This document shows positions 23,539-36,974 of a stretch of DNA of 64,000 nt, in pieces. The translations under genes and the position numbers were made by a program. Source of the stretch: Podarcis vaucheri (Eukaryota); assembly GCA_965113315.1 (NCBI GenBank), contig OZ220368.1. One strand, given 5' to 3'. Numbering within the stretch: the stretch's first letter is position 1; each line of letters begins with the position of its first letter. The notes beneath the pieces are model-generated. The model was not told where the DNA came from. It was given only the letters and a program-made list of their open reading frames with translations, and made no database searches.

Positions 23539-24934
23539 ATTTAGAGGCCATTATCTGAATGGTCTTGTTTTTAAAGTTAAACGAGTGGCTACTGGAGAAA
23601 ATAGCATTTTCTGAGGTTGTACCCTATTGTGGAACCTTCTCACTACAAATAATGTTGTTCGGATATCATCTTTGCTATCTTTCAGCCGTCGGGTGAAGTC
23701 TTTTCAGTTAGCTTGTGCTTTTGGTGGTTCATCAAGTTCTTTAATATAAATGGTTTTTATGTTTTCTTTTGAACTGGGTTATATTTGGGGCTGTATGTTT
23801 ACTTTCATGTGTTGGATCTCTCTCTAATATTCTCTGCAGTCGAGTGCAATTAGCAGTAGTCGGTATGAAGAAATGATGAAATAAACCAGGGGTAGACAGT
23901 GTGGTACACTCCAAATGTTGTTGACTTGCAGCTACTTTCATCCCTGACTCTTGGCCATGCTGGCTGGATCTGAGGGGAATGTGAATAATATCTGGAGGAC
24001 ATCATATTGGCTACGCATGAATCACCAACATAGTGTCTCTCCCTGCCACTTATGCTTTTAGCAGAGATGGATAGATTTGCACATAGTTCTTCCATCTCAG
24101 TTGCAACAATTAATCTCAGATACATAAGAAAAACCTGGCTAACCTGGCTGTCTGCTTTTAATATCCTACCCACCAGCTAGCTTCTCACTGTTGCAGAGGC
24201 ACTGCCCTATGCCCTGTGAAGGAAGAGCAGAATACTACTAAAACTACTAGTAGTATTAGTACCAATAATAATAGGAGCTGGACTTTTTTTGTGGCACAGC
24301 TTTCCTGCTAAAAATATGACAGGCACCCACTACCTGCATTTTCTGGAAACAACTGAAGACGTTTCTGTTCTAACAAGCTTTCCCAGTTGGGTGAATAGGT
24401 CGGTCTCTACTTCTGTTTTTAAATTTATCTGATGCTATTTTCTGTGTTGTTTTAAACTGTTTAAACTGCTGTTTTTATTGTATTTTGTACATTGTTTTGA
24501 GACAGGTGTGTGGAAGGCTATTAAATGATAATGATAATGATAACGATGATGATCTGTTTTGTTCTGTTAAGGAGTGTGTAACCTTCTCAAAATTATTGCT
24601 TCAACAGCAGAAAAAGACAACCCTGACAGCCATTATTAAGTTCACTGGCCTATTCCTTGGGAGTAAGCCCCATTGAATCATTTCGGAGAAAGCATGCATT
24701 TTTTGAGCTGGGACTCCTTGCAGAGTCCCTTAGAGCAAGTGAAGAGAGATCTGTCTTTGCCGGGTGTTATGATACATACACTGCAGAGGGAGAGAGCCAT
24801 TTCTTGAGAACTAGGAGGAAACTGAGCCAGGTCTCTGGCCTTGGAGTGGCAGGAGGAATTCCAGTGACTGATGCAGGGCCCCATGGTTGAAAACCACTCT
24901 GCTAAACTAATCCACTCCTGGCAGTTGTTTCTCC

Positions 24935-25030
24935 AGACTCCCCTTTAAAAGTGCCAGTGAAAGAGATTCCACAACTTCCATAGGCAACTTGTTCCGTTGG
25001 CCAGGTGTTCTTACTGCTAGGAAGTTCCTT
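24935..25030 (-). mobile_element. CR1 fragment
   Basis: Reverse complement AGGAACTTCCTAGCAGTAAGAAC... resembles CR1 56525-56600. Confidence 0.55.
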
Positions 25031-26057
25031 TCATAAATCTACACTGTAGCTATTCACATTCACTGTCTCCCGTCCACAGTTTCTGCATCAGTGCCCAAAC
25101 CTCTGCCAACATCTAGATTAAAATGCTGCATTTGCACTATATTTTGATAACCGTTTGTACTTGCAAGTGCCAGCTGAAGCATTAGTTTAATGGTGCTCCA
25201 AGGTTTTTTGGGGAGAGATAATCTTATCTGCTGACCACAAAAATCAGCTGCACATATTGTACCAGGGCAATCTTTAGTAATGGAGAGGAAATAATACAGC
25301 ACATGTGCGCTCCAGAAATAAAATTGCTGTATTTTGTGCTTAGCCGGTGGCGGAGCTATTGTGCAATATTTAGACATCTCCAAAAACATTGGACAATCTG
25401 TCATTGTAACTCCTCAAACCATAAAGCTCTAATTAAAACCTCATAAAATGTTTTTCAGCAATGTTTGAAAATGTAAAGTAAAACTGCTTTTATGGCTTCA
25501 CTTTATGAGCCTGTATAGTTTCTAAGGCTTCTCAAAAACATGGAGTATTTCCCACCCCCACAAAAAAAAATAAAAATGCAACTCATGAACTTTGGAGATA
25601 TTTAGTAGATTTTGTCACTTTTTTTTCTCCATAGGTTTTCACCAATTGCTACAACCCAAACCACAAATAAAGCATTAAAATTATTGATGTGAGCTAAGCA
25701 GTCAGGCCAGTGCCAAGAAAAGCACTATTCACTTTGGCTTTTTCTATGTAGCTTTGGAAAATTATTCCCAAGGCTGTAGCAAAGATCACATTTTTCCCTT
25801 TCTTCGCTAATAGCAAAAAATATTACCTTTCATGTGCTCTGCTATTTCTGCAGCTGCAGGGGGTGGGGGACTTTGGATGGAGCTGAAGGCAGCTTGCTAT
25901 GTAGCCAAGACTTGCCAGTCATCTTCATAATTCATTAACTAGCTCCTCCCGCCTCATTTCTTGGATTTGGTAATCAGACTTTTCATTGAAGAAGAAAATC
26001 ATCAGGTGAACAAAAGGCATCATTTTATTTATTTTTATTTATTTCCTAAAACTGATA

Positions 26058-26220
26058 CCCACACCATACGTTTAAAGCACTTTTAAAGCTTCCCACAAAG
26101 AATTCTGGAACCTGCAGTTCACCCTTTACAGAGCTACAATTCCCAGCACCCTTAACAAACTACAGTTCCCATAATTCTTGGAGGGAAGCTGTGCGCTTTA
26201 CATGTGTGGTGTAGATGTGA
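26058..26220. mobile_element. Palindromic MITE, family C (possibly PIF/Harbinger-derived)
   Basis: CACACCATACGTTTAAAGCAC...GCGCTTTACATGTGTGGTGT inverted ends; related copies near 32998, 34709 and 43880. Confidence 0.55.
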
Positions 26221-26329
26221 CCTTGTTCTCTGCTGCTACAGGGTGAAAAAACAGCTCTAATGGGCTTCAGTTAGAAGGGGGTAAATTTCAGCTGAGCATC
26301 AGAAGAAACGTTCTAATGGTAAGGATTGC

Positions 26330-26697
26330 CTCTCTCCATATGAACCTACCCTGACCCTTTGGGCATCATCTGAGGCCCTTCTTTGTGTGCCTCCTCAACG
26401 AGAGGTCTGGAGGGTGGCAACAGGAGAATGGGCCTTTTCTGTGGTGGCTCCCCATTTGTGGAATGGTCTCCCCAGGGAGGTTCAGCTGACACCTTCATTA
26501 TATACCTTTAGGTGCCAAGCGAAAACATTGCTTGTTAACCAGGCCTTTGGCTGATTGACATCCGATGCCCTTTTAAAATGTGTTGTGGAAGTGGGGGGGA
26601 TTATTGGGTTGTCTTTGTTTTTGTTTTAATTATGTATTTTGTGGTGTTTATACTGTGATTTTATGTTGTGAACTGCCCTGAGATCAACGGGCATAGG

Positions 26698-26752
<55 letters not shown>
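26330..26752 (+). mobile_element. L2 LINE 3' end with (AAT)n tail
   Basis: GGGCCTTTTCTGTGGTGGCTCCCCATTTGTGGAATGGTCTCCC...TGTGAACTGCCCTGAGATC followed by about 18 AAT units (26699-26752). Confidence 0.75.
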
Positions 26753-26753
<1 letters not shown>

Positions 26754-27052
26754 TCAGTTTGATGATGGAACTCACTGGTGATCTTCAAGCAGAAGTTGGG
26801 CAGCCATTTCTTGGGGATGCCCTTGCTCTGAAATGCCTACCCACAACAGGCGGTTGGGCTTGGTGGCCTACAAAGTCCCTCCCCCCTCCATGTGCCTATG
26901 AAATCTTGGAAAGGAACAAAATGCCAAATCAAAAACAAAACTCCATGACAGCTTAAAGAGGACTATTCCAAAGATCTGGTGAGCAGCAATTGCTTCTTGG
27001 CTCCTGCACCAACAGCATAAAAAGAAACACATGCCCTTCATTATTGTGGGCG

Positions 27053-27054
<2 letters not shown>

Positions 27055-27094
<40 letters not shown>
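27055..27094. repeat. (TC)20 microsatellite
   Basis: Read directly. Confidence 0.95.
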
Positions 27095-27098
<4 letters not shown>

Positions 27099-28568
27099 TA
27101 TCAAAAGGACAGCAACCCCAGCAATCTGGCATTTGTGGCAAGGGCACAGCTGTTGAGAGTGGGAGGCTATCCAGTTGGGCAGCAACAAACCTTTGGGGAA
27201 AGGAGGAAGGGAATAGCCTGGGAGAAGGCTTAATGAAGAGTGGCTGTTAAGGGCAATAAAAAAGTAAGCACTGGTTCCATTGGGGCTATAGGGAGCAAGC
27301 TTTGCATACCCACTAGAAGCAGGAGAGTAAGTTATGGAGAGCAACGTGTCCTGCAAGGTTACAACATGTCTTGCAACAACAGACGTGTTGCTGAGGGATG
27401 TGGCCGTCAGTTACATTCTGAATGGCCAAGGGGAGTGGCTGATTTTTAAAGAAATGTTGCAGTTCTCAAGGACAGCTAGCTGAAGAAACTTAAGTCATGG
27501 GGTTGGAAACTGGAAGTAAGCTCAGTACTGCCTGACAGCCCATTGACAAGTGACTTTTGAAGGAACCCCTAATTTGGGGTGTATGGGAGCTGGCTAATAA
27601 CTCAGCGGAGCGGAATAGGCACTCTGCACATGACCATTTTATTTCACACCTTCCGAGACCTCTGGCAAAATAGGTTTTCGGACTGAGCCCTAGCTGGGCT
27701 GCCATTTGGCAACCATGGCTAAATTTGACTTCAGTGGGAGCTGATGTTTGGCATTTGCAAGAGGAGACTGCTTCCATCAAGATCCAGCTGCTCAGTCCCA
27801 GTCCCTTGCCTCAGAGGGAGCTGTTGTCTGGCAGCTACTAGCAAGGAAGACTTGACTCCATCATGGGCAAAGCCAAGTGCCAACTGCTCCGTCACAACCT
27901 TTTGCTGAAAATGCTGCCTGAATGATCCTGGTTCCATATGCTTACTGTGCAATTGCTGTCCCTTTACTAGAAGTGAGTCACAGTGTTTCTTACTTTTCAT
28001 AATGTTGCGTAAGCCACTTCAAGAGCCTCTCAATGCTACAAGGTGGAATAGAAGTATCAACAAATAAACACATCTCTTAGAGAGGAAGAGCCCACTAAAC
28101 CACAGCCAGGCACGGTAGTATTCTATAGGTCCAATAACACTGAAGAATGAAAACGAAATAATTGAACTTCAGGTAAAATAAATGAATCCTTAATAACCTT
28201 CCAGCACAAAATATCTCATCTGCCAGGGCTAATAGTTATTTGTCTGCAGCTTGAAAACAAATGTAAAACTATTTGCTTTATCTGTTTCATTAGTGACAAA
28301 TCTCTGTCTAAGGTTTCGTTTGTCGTCTTCTCCTTTGCCAGTGCTGAGCAGATAAAACTACTACATAGTAAAATTCCACCCAACCTTCCAATGCTTTCAA
28401 TCACAGCAGTAAATGTTACTGTGTTTCAGCTACTGGCTTTCGCTAAATGGTCTTTCTCAGCACCTTAATTATAGCGTACACATCCTGATGGACTAGAAGG
28501 AAGGTTGACTCTCAAAGAACATAGATGTTGCAACTGTGGAATGCAGGGTTTTGTTTTTTTGTTTTGCG

Positions 28569-28611
<43 letters not shown>

Positions 28612-28614
28612 TGT
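28569..28614. repeat. Compound (CT)n(GT)n microsatellite
   Basis: Read directly. Confidence 0.95.
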
Positions 28615-28868
28615 ATGAAGAGAGGACTTTGTAGAACAGAAGCAAAATAGTAAACAATATTGATCTAAAAATATCCAGGACACAAGACATTACGTTGTAT
28701 TTGCCCCATCATTTTTGACATTAGCAAATTAACTCCTGGAGTTGCTAGTAGGATTCCTTTGCCTAAGAGCATTGGTGGAATGTGACAGAATTTCTTTGAA
28801 GCTGCAATGGGTTTCGTGTGCTAATGTGCAACCTGTTTTCAGGGTCATCAGAAGGGAGGTCTGTGTAA

Positions 28869-28869
<1 letters not shown>

Positions 28870-28914
<45 letters not shown>
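28870..28914. repeat. (TG)n microsatellite
   Basis: Read directly. Confidence 0.95.
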
Positions 28915-28917
<3 letters not shown>

Positions 28918-31019
28918 GCTTCAGGACATGTACAGATGGCTCCCCCTGCTCCGCGGAAGAAATAATAAGCAGTCCCAATATAAAGAACAGAAAGGGTTTG
29001 TTTGTTTTTATTTAAAAGCAAGGTTGAGAGACCCAGATTTATTTATTTTTTTAAAAGGCCCCTCAAAATTGTTTTTTTTAAAAAGTTGCTGTTGTTGTTT
29101 GGTAATCAAATTATGCCCCTGTGTGTCTATTTGGCCTACAAAATCACAGGCTGTTCCTGGAATGATTTTTATGGAGTAACTTAGTTTCCAAACGACTTAT
29201 TCCAAATCATATACACTATGACCACTGTGAGCTGATGACAACTCCTCACCTTGCACCAGCTTAGGCAGGGAAGCTTCAGCAAATCCTAAACATGCTGGGA
29301 AGCTGAAAATGATCCACCTGCCTCTCAACAAGAAGCCCTGAAGCCATTGCTATTTGTCTGTGACGGTTCCTGTGAAGAATGGAGTGCCATGGACCTGCAC
29401 TTCCTAACCAGGCATTGTTGAAATAGCAGCGATCATGGGACATGGGGTATGATATAAGCCAAACCTGTTTGGAGGACCCCAGTGACTGACTGATTCTGCC
29501 AGAACAGAAACTTGTTCTTTCTCCTCCAGGACATTATGGCTTGGAATTATGGCCTTTGAGGACAGCAGATATTTTGGAGTACAACTTCCATCAGCCACAG
29601 GGAGCTGTAGTTCAAAAATATGTGGATGGCAACAGGTTGACAGAGGCAGCCTTGTGATGGTTTAACTCATACAATTAACAAAACTGTTTGTAGTTTCATG
29701 TAAACGTATGATATATATATGCCTCAATTTCTAGTTTTCCCAATGTTTTGATTATCCGCCTGTGCCATTGAGTCAAGTGGCCGGATCCAGTAGTCCCAGG
29801 GTGAATTCAAGTACAGATATTTACCGTAACTGCTGAGGTCAAAACACCAGCTGACTTTGTGTTGTTTGCACATGTCGTCCTGTTCTGGCAGATGGCTTAA
29901 GATGTGCCCGGAAAGCATCTCAAAAACATTTCAACAATTGCCCATGGAAACTCATTTCCTAAGGATTTTTCCTGGCCTGTGGATCTGTATGTCAAGGCTT
30001 TCACAAGACGAGTGAAACTGCTAGCTTTGCCTGATGCAAAATGGCCATTGTGAATGACATGCCATGTGAATGACAAGTTCCACAAGCCAGAGCAGATGGT
30101 TTCAGCATTACAGACTTGTTGCATCAAAGACCCATCGGAAACGAGCGTGGAAACCTCCACTTCATTTAGCTGCTATCTGATCGGGTCCTCTCTGTCTGTG
30201 GAAAAAGACATTCCTTGCACCGTTAACCGGCATGACGCTGCAGCTGACGAAAACCAAACGGACTAACCAGCCAAACTAGGGCATTATTGCTTTGGGACCT
30301 TGAAGCTGTGGCTGAATGCCCCCCAACCTCTTTCCATTCTCCCCTACGGAATTTTAGTAGGTCAGATCTAATATAAGAGCAGAGAGCATTTATTGGAAAG
30401 CTGTGTTCAACCTAACTCTGAAAACCGCAAGGCCCGGCAGTTCCAATAGTTGGACTCTTTTTCTCATGCTTAATGGCAGGGGCTTTGGGTAGCAAGCCCA
30501 AGCTATCCTTGTCTCCTTGGCAGCCTGCCAGCTCCAAATAATAATCCATTAATGTCTGCCCCACTGGCATCCTTGCCAAATGCGAAGGATATCTTTTAAA
30601 TAAACACTGGCAGTTCCCAGTCAGACGAAAGCAAGGGAGGAGAGGAAAAACAACCCTTGACATTTCAGTGACTTTGCAGGGCTAGCTGACACCTGGTACT
30701 ACCCTGATCTGGTGGTGTTTATGCTGAGCTTCTCCTCTTGGCTCCTACGCGGACTTTAAATAGAACTGGAAAGGCATAATGATAGCAGTATCTTTCTTGG
30801 ACATCCACCGCAACTCTCTCTCCCTCTCTCTCTTTTCCCCCCAAGCAAAAGGGAGAGCCTGATGTTAACATCAACATCTGCGTTGCTGTCTTCCTCTGAA
30901 ATTCAGAAAAACAGCTTAGCTGGCCAGCATGCCCCACGCCCTTTGTCAACAATTTTCCTTTTTTTCCCACACTTAGCAGCTTGGATGGAGTCTGTTTTCA
31001 CATGTTTTCACATGCCTTC

Positions 31020-31070
31020 TGTTGGACTAGATGACCCTCGAGATCCCTTCTGACTTACAATTCTGTGATT
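31020..31070 (+). mobile_element. CR1 3' terminal fragment
   Basis: GTTGGACTAGATGACCCTCGAGATCCCTTC...ATTCTGTGATT, the CR1 terminal motif. Confidence 0.7.
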
Positions 31071-31208
31071 GATTCCTGCCTGATGGTTCTCTTAGCCTAC
31101 CTAGCTTAAACAGCCACACAGACCGTTCTCAGAAGACCGATTAGTATCTCTGCACATCTTCAGGGGTTCCCCAAACATATCACCCCTCCCCTTTCAGTCT
31201 GTTTTATT

Positions 31209-31211
<3 letters not shown>

Positions 31212-31245
<34 letters not shown>
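31212..31245. repeat. (AC)n microsatellite
   Basis: Read directly. Confidence 0.95.
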
Positions 31246-31247
<2 letters not shown>

Positions 31248-32997
31248 CTCATTTCGCCCTTGGTGACCTTTTAGAACGGTTTGACACATAATGCTCAATA
31301 CTGGGTTTTTGCTTGAATTGGTTTGTAGCACAAGTCTTAAAATGGCTAAGAATGTACATTTGACTTAAAACGTCTCTTTTCTTCTTGCACAAATGCTGTA
31401 TTGGATACAATCCCATCTAATTCATATGTTACACCCTAGGAAGGTGTGTGTGTATTAGCTACTGAGAAATTAAAATTATATTTACAAACCAAAGACACGT
31501 GTTCTCATACAATTTTAATCCAGCTGAACATAAATAAATAAATGCAGCTTTCTATCTTCTATTAACATCATTCACAACAGCACAAATGCTTTTCATTTAA
31601 TGTGTGAAAAAATGCCACATTATCCTAGCTCTTTATGCCCTTCAGTAACAACAAAATGAATTTTTAACAATGCTTGTCATTATAATGGGTGGAATGGGAC
31701 AAAAGAAAGAGCTTGCATTTTACCAGGATTTGAGGTGGGAGGGAGGTGCAATCCATCTATGATCACCCTCTAAATGGAAGTATCCTGCTCCAGAGTCCTT
31801 GAACACAGAGTAGAAAAGGATAGTTGCGTGGTAAATAGCTACACTGAACACCAAAATGGGTAAATCCTGATAGCAGATTTATCACTATTTTCGGTGTGTC
31901 GCCATCCCAATTACTCCCCCATATGACTCCTATTTAGAGCTTTTTATAAAGATTCCTGCAGCTTGACTGACACATTGAGCATCCCATGTAACTTAGTGCT
32001 TAGAATCCCATTTGATTTTTCTTTTAAAGTTACCAGGTCTTTTCTCTAACATCAATGATTTCACTTCACTAAACAGGGTTAAATTTATGCCAAGGCTCAA
32101 TTGGGCTTAAAACTTGTTTTGAATCCTATGGCTCAGTTGCAGAAATATAGTTGCTCTAAGCATGAGTGGCGTATCTCTCTTTCACAACCAGGTTAACAGC
32201 CTTGAGGGATCAGAGAGAAGAGATGGGGAGAAGATTAACAGCAGAAGGAGGCAGTGCATTGAAAGCTACTGGTCCTCTCACCTCCAAAAATACTAGAATA
32301 GGCAACTGCTAATCCCCCTCTCCTTCCATTCTCTTCGTGCAATTCTAGTTAATGACCACAGACCCGCAACTCCAGGTCCTGCAAACACAGAAAACCTCCC
32401 AAGACAGAGGCAGAAGGAAAACCCAGAGTTTGTTGATATGCTACTCCGGTTTTGCCAAGTGCTTTTTGGACAAATGAGCCTGCTCAGCCCCACCTATCTC
32501 CTTTCTGAAATGCAGCACCGCTCACTACATGGGAGGAAAGTGTCAGCAGCATTTGTATGAGCAAGTTCTATCATTGCCCCTCACTTGAAGCTCAGCTTCT
32601 GCCTGGCAGCCTGGCAGCGACTGTAGTTCTGTAGTTCTGCAAGGACCACAGGCATTGGGCAAAGCTTCTAGGGCATGCGCTAAGGCGACATAAAATTTGT
32701 GGGCGTGTGAAGCTGCCTACATGAAGCAAGGTCATAATAGTACAACTCTCTCTGCAAATATGGCATACCTTTGTGTGCAAGCTGAGAGGCCAGCATTTTA
32801 TTTTTATTTTTTTAATGACACAACTGCTGGAGTTAGAAAAGGAAAAACAAGACAGCAGTGGCTGTTAGCAAAAGATGATTTAATGACATTCTGCCTTTGT
32901 TGTCAGGTTGGGTGTAGCCCCTCAGTCTATAATACAGGAACCTCCCTGTTGATGAGAAGAAGAAAAAGTATAATCAGTTCTGTTGACCCACAATCAA

Positions 32998-33130
32998 CAC
33001 CATGTAGTTAAAGCACATTCGGTGCACGTTTAAAGCATATTGTTTCCTCCCGCAAAGATTCCTGGGAATTGTAGTTTCCTTCTCACAGACCCACAATTCC
33101 CATAATAAATTACAGTTCCAGGAGAAGCAG
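32998..33130. mobile_element. MITE family C fragment
   Basis: TTTAAAGCA...CTGGGAATTGTAGTT...CACAATTCCC, shared with the 26058 and 34709 copies. Confidence 0.5.
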
Positions 33131-34708
33131 ATGATCCTTAAGGGTTTGTGAGACAATGCAGGACCAGGGCAACATCGGGCATTTTTGCTGGTCTCAGGCA
33201 CTCCATCATCCCCATCTGGATTTGGGCCTGAAAGGCCAAGGGAAAGTGGGGGGTGCTTGTAGAGTAAGCTGTAAGCAAGCACAATCTGTGACATTGCACA
33301 GCATCATTGCTCAGCATGGTGCATGTCTATTAAGGCAGCAGCCTTAGCTTACAATCCCCAGACTTTCAGAGCTTGAGCCAATATGAGATAGCTAGTTAAC
33401 TCCCAGTTAACCCTGGCAGGGTTTTTATAACTGGATTTGGTTTTTTGGTTTTGAAAAAAAAGAAATGTATCAAAATACTATATTCTGTTAAGCATGAAAG
33501 ATGTTGCTGGACTCCCATCAGCAAGGCCCACAGGTTCCATAGTCCTGGATTACTTGCATGCAAGCTTTCAGGTTTCACAAAACCCTGCATCAAGCCAGAG
33601 ATAGCAAAATTTCAGGAATAAGGGGACGAGGAATGAGACAGGCTTTTATTTCTTGTGTTGCCTTTCCATTGTCCCTGTCTAAAGCTTGCACCAATCTAAA
33701 CTGAAGTAAAATGCATTATTTTACTAACTTCGTAGCCACAGTTATGCAAGTTTTCAATGAGAGGAAACAAAATGCTTCCTTGCTGAATGCCAAGAATGAG
33801 AGATTATATTTAATGCCATCGAAGTGTAGAAAGTAGGAATTGAGCCAAACTGAAAATAGAAGGCAGCTACATATCGCTGTATTTTTAGTCTGAACATGTT
33901 ACTCCACACCCTGTGTGGCCCATATATGGCAATCTGTGTTAACTTCCTGTTTTGGTTTCTCAATACTGGTGTCACGTTAGTTTCAGTTTCTGAGGTAACA
34001 CAAAACAGAGCCAGTGTGGGCAGAACGGAGCAGCTGGAAACATTCCCAAAAGATAACAGATTAGTCCCCTCTGTGCACTTGAGAGATCTCTGGTGGAAAA
34101 GAGAGAGAATTTGCAGGGTGAAAACCGATGTGCTGAAGTGAATTGGAAGTGGTCTGGACAAAGTTTTGCTGTATTCCGAAAGATCTGCTTTCAAGGCAGA
34201 GAAACATCGCTCTTGGTCTGCCTACAGATGCACATGCTTTGTGTGGTGAGATCTCAGTGCATCTACACTCCCAACCTGCTTTGAGTCAGCTATACAACCT
34301 GAACTGAGTTCAGGAGGAATCACTTAGCCAAGTAGAAGCAAGCAGAAGCTTTCAGCTAAGTCATCTCAGTCGTCTGAATTTCTGCTAAGGAAGCCAGGCA
34401 GTCAAAAGCTGTTGCCTGCAGCTGATGCACATTGTTCTGTGATGGTTTGGTTTATGGTCACCTCAGGATAGCAGTTCTCCAGGAATCTAGTTATCTCTAA
34501 TCTAGTAGTTCTAATCTTCCAGTTCCTGGAGGGCCAGTACTAGCTAACTGATGTCTGTCCATGGTCAAAGAGTACATTCTGTGCCATGCCTGTCATCAAC
34601 TCACATTCACATGGGATCCGTTCAAATGTTTTCCTCTTTTTTTTTGCAGATGTGAGATTCAGTGCAGGAAAGCGTACCATGCAAAGTGTCTGTCAGAGCT
34701 GCCTCACT

Positions 34709-34860
34709 GGCTGTGCACAAATCATACATTTAAAGCACATCCTTCCTTCACAAAGAATGCTGGGAACTGTAGTTTACCCCTCACAGAGTACACCTTCAAC
34801 AAGCCACACTTCCCAGGATTCTTGGGGTGTGTTCTTTAAAAGCATGGTGTGTACACAGCC
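34709..34860. mobile_element. MITE family C copy
   Basis: Inverted ends GGCTGTGCACA and GTGTACACAGCC; internal TTTAAAGCAC...CTGGGAACTGTAGTTT. Confidence 0.6.
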
Positions 34861-34925
34861 ATTGTCTCCTCAACTGGTTTCTTCATTGTACATGTGGAGC
34901 ATTTTCCCATTCAAAGAAGGGAGAC

Positions 34926-35105
34926 TTGGGAAAGCTCAGTGGTAGTGGGCAAGTACTGCATGCAAAAGGTCCCTGGATCAATCCCTGACTTCTCCATGTA
35001 GAACTGGGAATACCTCCTGCCTGAAACCCTGCTAGTAGTCACTGTCAACACTACTGAGCTTGATGGACCAAGGATGTGACTCAATATGAGGCAACTTCCT
35101 ATGTT
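34926..35105 (+). mobile_element. tRNA-derived SINE (Squam3-like)
   Basis: A-box-like AGCTCAGTGGTAG, B-box-like GGATCAATCCC, 3' CAACTTCCTATGTT; paralogue at 51347. Confidence 0.7.
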
Positions 35106-35274
35106 GCTGTGAAATGTTCTTGTATACCAGAGCACAGCTCTGTTCATCAATTCTAGAGTTGTTGGGTGAGCTTTGCTTATTACACAGAATAACAACTGGG
35201 ACCTTCCACAAAACGTTGTAGTATGAACTACTCTTGTTCTGGCTTCCAGCCAGCAAGCCACGCCCCATTTCAGG

Positions 35275-35495
35275 ATATTTATTTATTACATTAATATGCC
35301 ACCTTTTCTTCCAAAGAGCTCAAAGTGCTGTCCCTGGTTCTCCCCCACCCCCTGCCATTTCATCCTCATGACAACCCTGTGGGGTAGAAAAGGCTGAGAA
35401 ATGGTGACTGGCCCAAGGTCACCTAGTGAGCGTCATAGCTGAGTGGGGATTTGAACCCTGGTTTCTCAGGGCCTAGTCCAACACTCTAACCATTA
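35275..35495 (-). mobile_element. MIR/CORE-like tRNA-derived SINE with L2-type tail
   Basis: GACTGGCCCAAGGTCAC core, GGGATTTGAACCC (reverse B-box), ATTTATTTATT tail. Confidence 0.7.
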
Positions 35496-36594
35496 TTCCA
35501 TCAATCTCCTTGCAATATTTACTCGGCATTCCAATGCCAGCACTGAGCATGCTTAGTCCTCATTGGGTCATTTTGAGGCTTACCATAAGATTTTCTATTT
35601 TCTATTTCTGCAAACCTTGGAGTTTCCCCAAGCCTACTGACACCTCCGTCTTTTGTGCGGGTGTCGCTGCTTTGGCTGCCGAAAGAGAATAAGTTTGCTG
35701 TTAGAACAGGCTGAAGGATTATTGGTTCTCTATTTGTTCCAGGGCTAGGCTTTGGCATTGAGAATAAATCCTGAGCCTTGCTAAATCCCGGTTAAAATAC
35801 GACACTGGTCAGTGTTTCAAGAACACTACTAGTGTTTTTTCTTCTTCAGAAGGGTAAGTTTCCAGTTCAGCAGAACTTACTGACCTTCCAGATTACAGCA
35901 ACAACAGCCTTGGTGATGAAGTGGCCAGTGCGATAATCGGAGGAAGATAAAGAGAAGTGTTTGACTGGAACAGCAATACCAGGAAGCGACTGAGACACCA
36001 CATGACAAAGGATGCTCGCTCTGCAGGGAAGGGAAGTGTTTACTTAAGGGCTAGACTTTTACTAGTCTTCTCCAAGGGTGGTTTGAGTTACCTGACCCAC
36101 TTGCATTAGCAAATTGTAATGCAGGCACTGTAAATAGCCACCACACCCTTGAGCGGGCAGACAGGTTGTTTGTCAAATGGATCCAGCCCAGCACCTTTCA
36201 GTTTCACTCTAAATATACAGCAGCTCCAGTGCTAAGTGACGCTGCAAAGTGAGGAGAAGCAGCTTGTTTTCCAATCAGCTGCTCCAACTGCTGCCAAACA
36301 AACCAGAATGGAAAAAAACACTGAAGAGATGGCACCCAGTTAGCCTAAAGTTCAATGCTTGAACCCTATTTTCACCAGAGAAATGTTGGATGATATGCTA
36401 TTGAGCATTACTGCACAACTGACCCCCAGAAAAAAACACCAGTCTGGAGGGGCCTTTCCCCACAGGACTTCTATGCTTATCCATCCCGACTCCTGTTCCT
36501 TTGGACCTTTGAGCATCATACCTTTTGTTTATTGGGAACCAGATATCGTAGGCCTGAGTCAGATCAATGTATTTTGCCTCCCCGCGTCTACATA

Positions 36595-36974
36595 CCGTAT
36601 TTTTCGCTCTATAAGACACACATTTTCCCCTCCAAAAATTAAGGGGAAATGTGTGTGCATCTTATGGAGCGAATGCAGGCTCCTTGGCTTCAGCGATAGC
36701 AATGTGAAGCCTCCGAAGCGCAGTGGGAGCGCTCCTGCCGCGCTCCGGAGGCTTTGGATTGCCTTCACTGAAGGCGAAGGCAATGTGGGAGAGGGAGAGG
36801 TGTGCAGCGCCCCTTCAGCTAAGCGGGATGAGAAATGGAAGGGGCTCTGTTTCTCCTGCCGCTTCGCTGAAGGGGCGCTGCGCAGAGAGGGGGAGATTTT
36901 TTTTTTCTTGTTCTCCCCCTCTAAAACAAGGTGCATCCTATGGTCGGGTGCGTCCTATAGAGTGAAAAATACGG
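36595..36974. mobile_element. Tc1/mariner MITE, family B copy 1
   Basis: TA|CCGTATTTTTCGCTCTATAAGAC...GTCCTATAGAGTGAAAAATACGG|TA; CpG-rich interior. Confidence 0.9.

Noticed and set aside
28742-29179. ORFs with CVCVCV, HTHTHT or ERERER runs (also 786, 16947, 26953)
   Set aside because: Translations of microsatellites.
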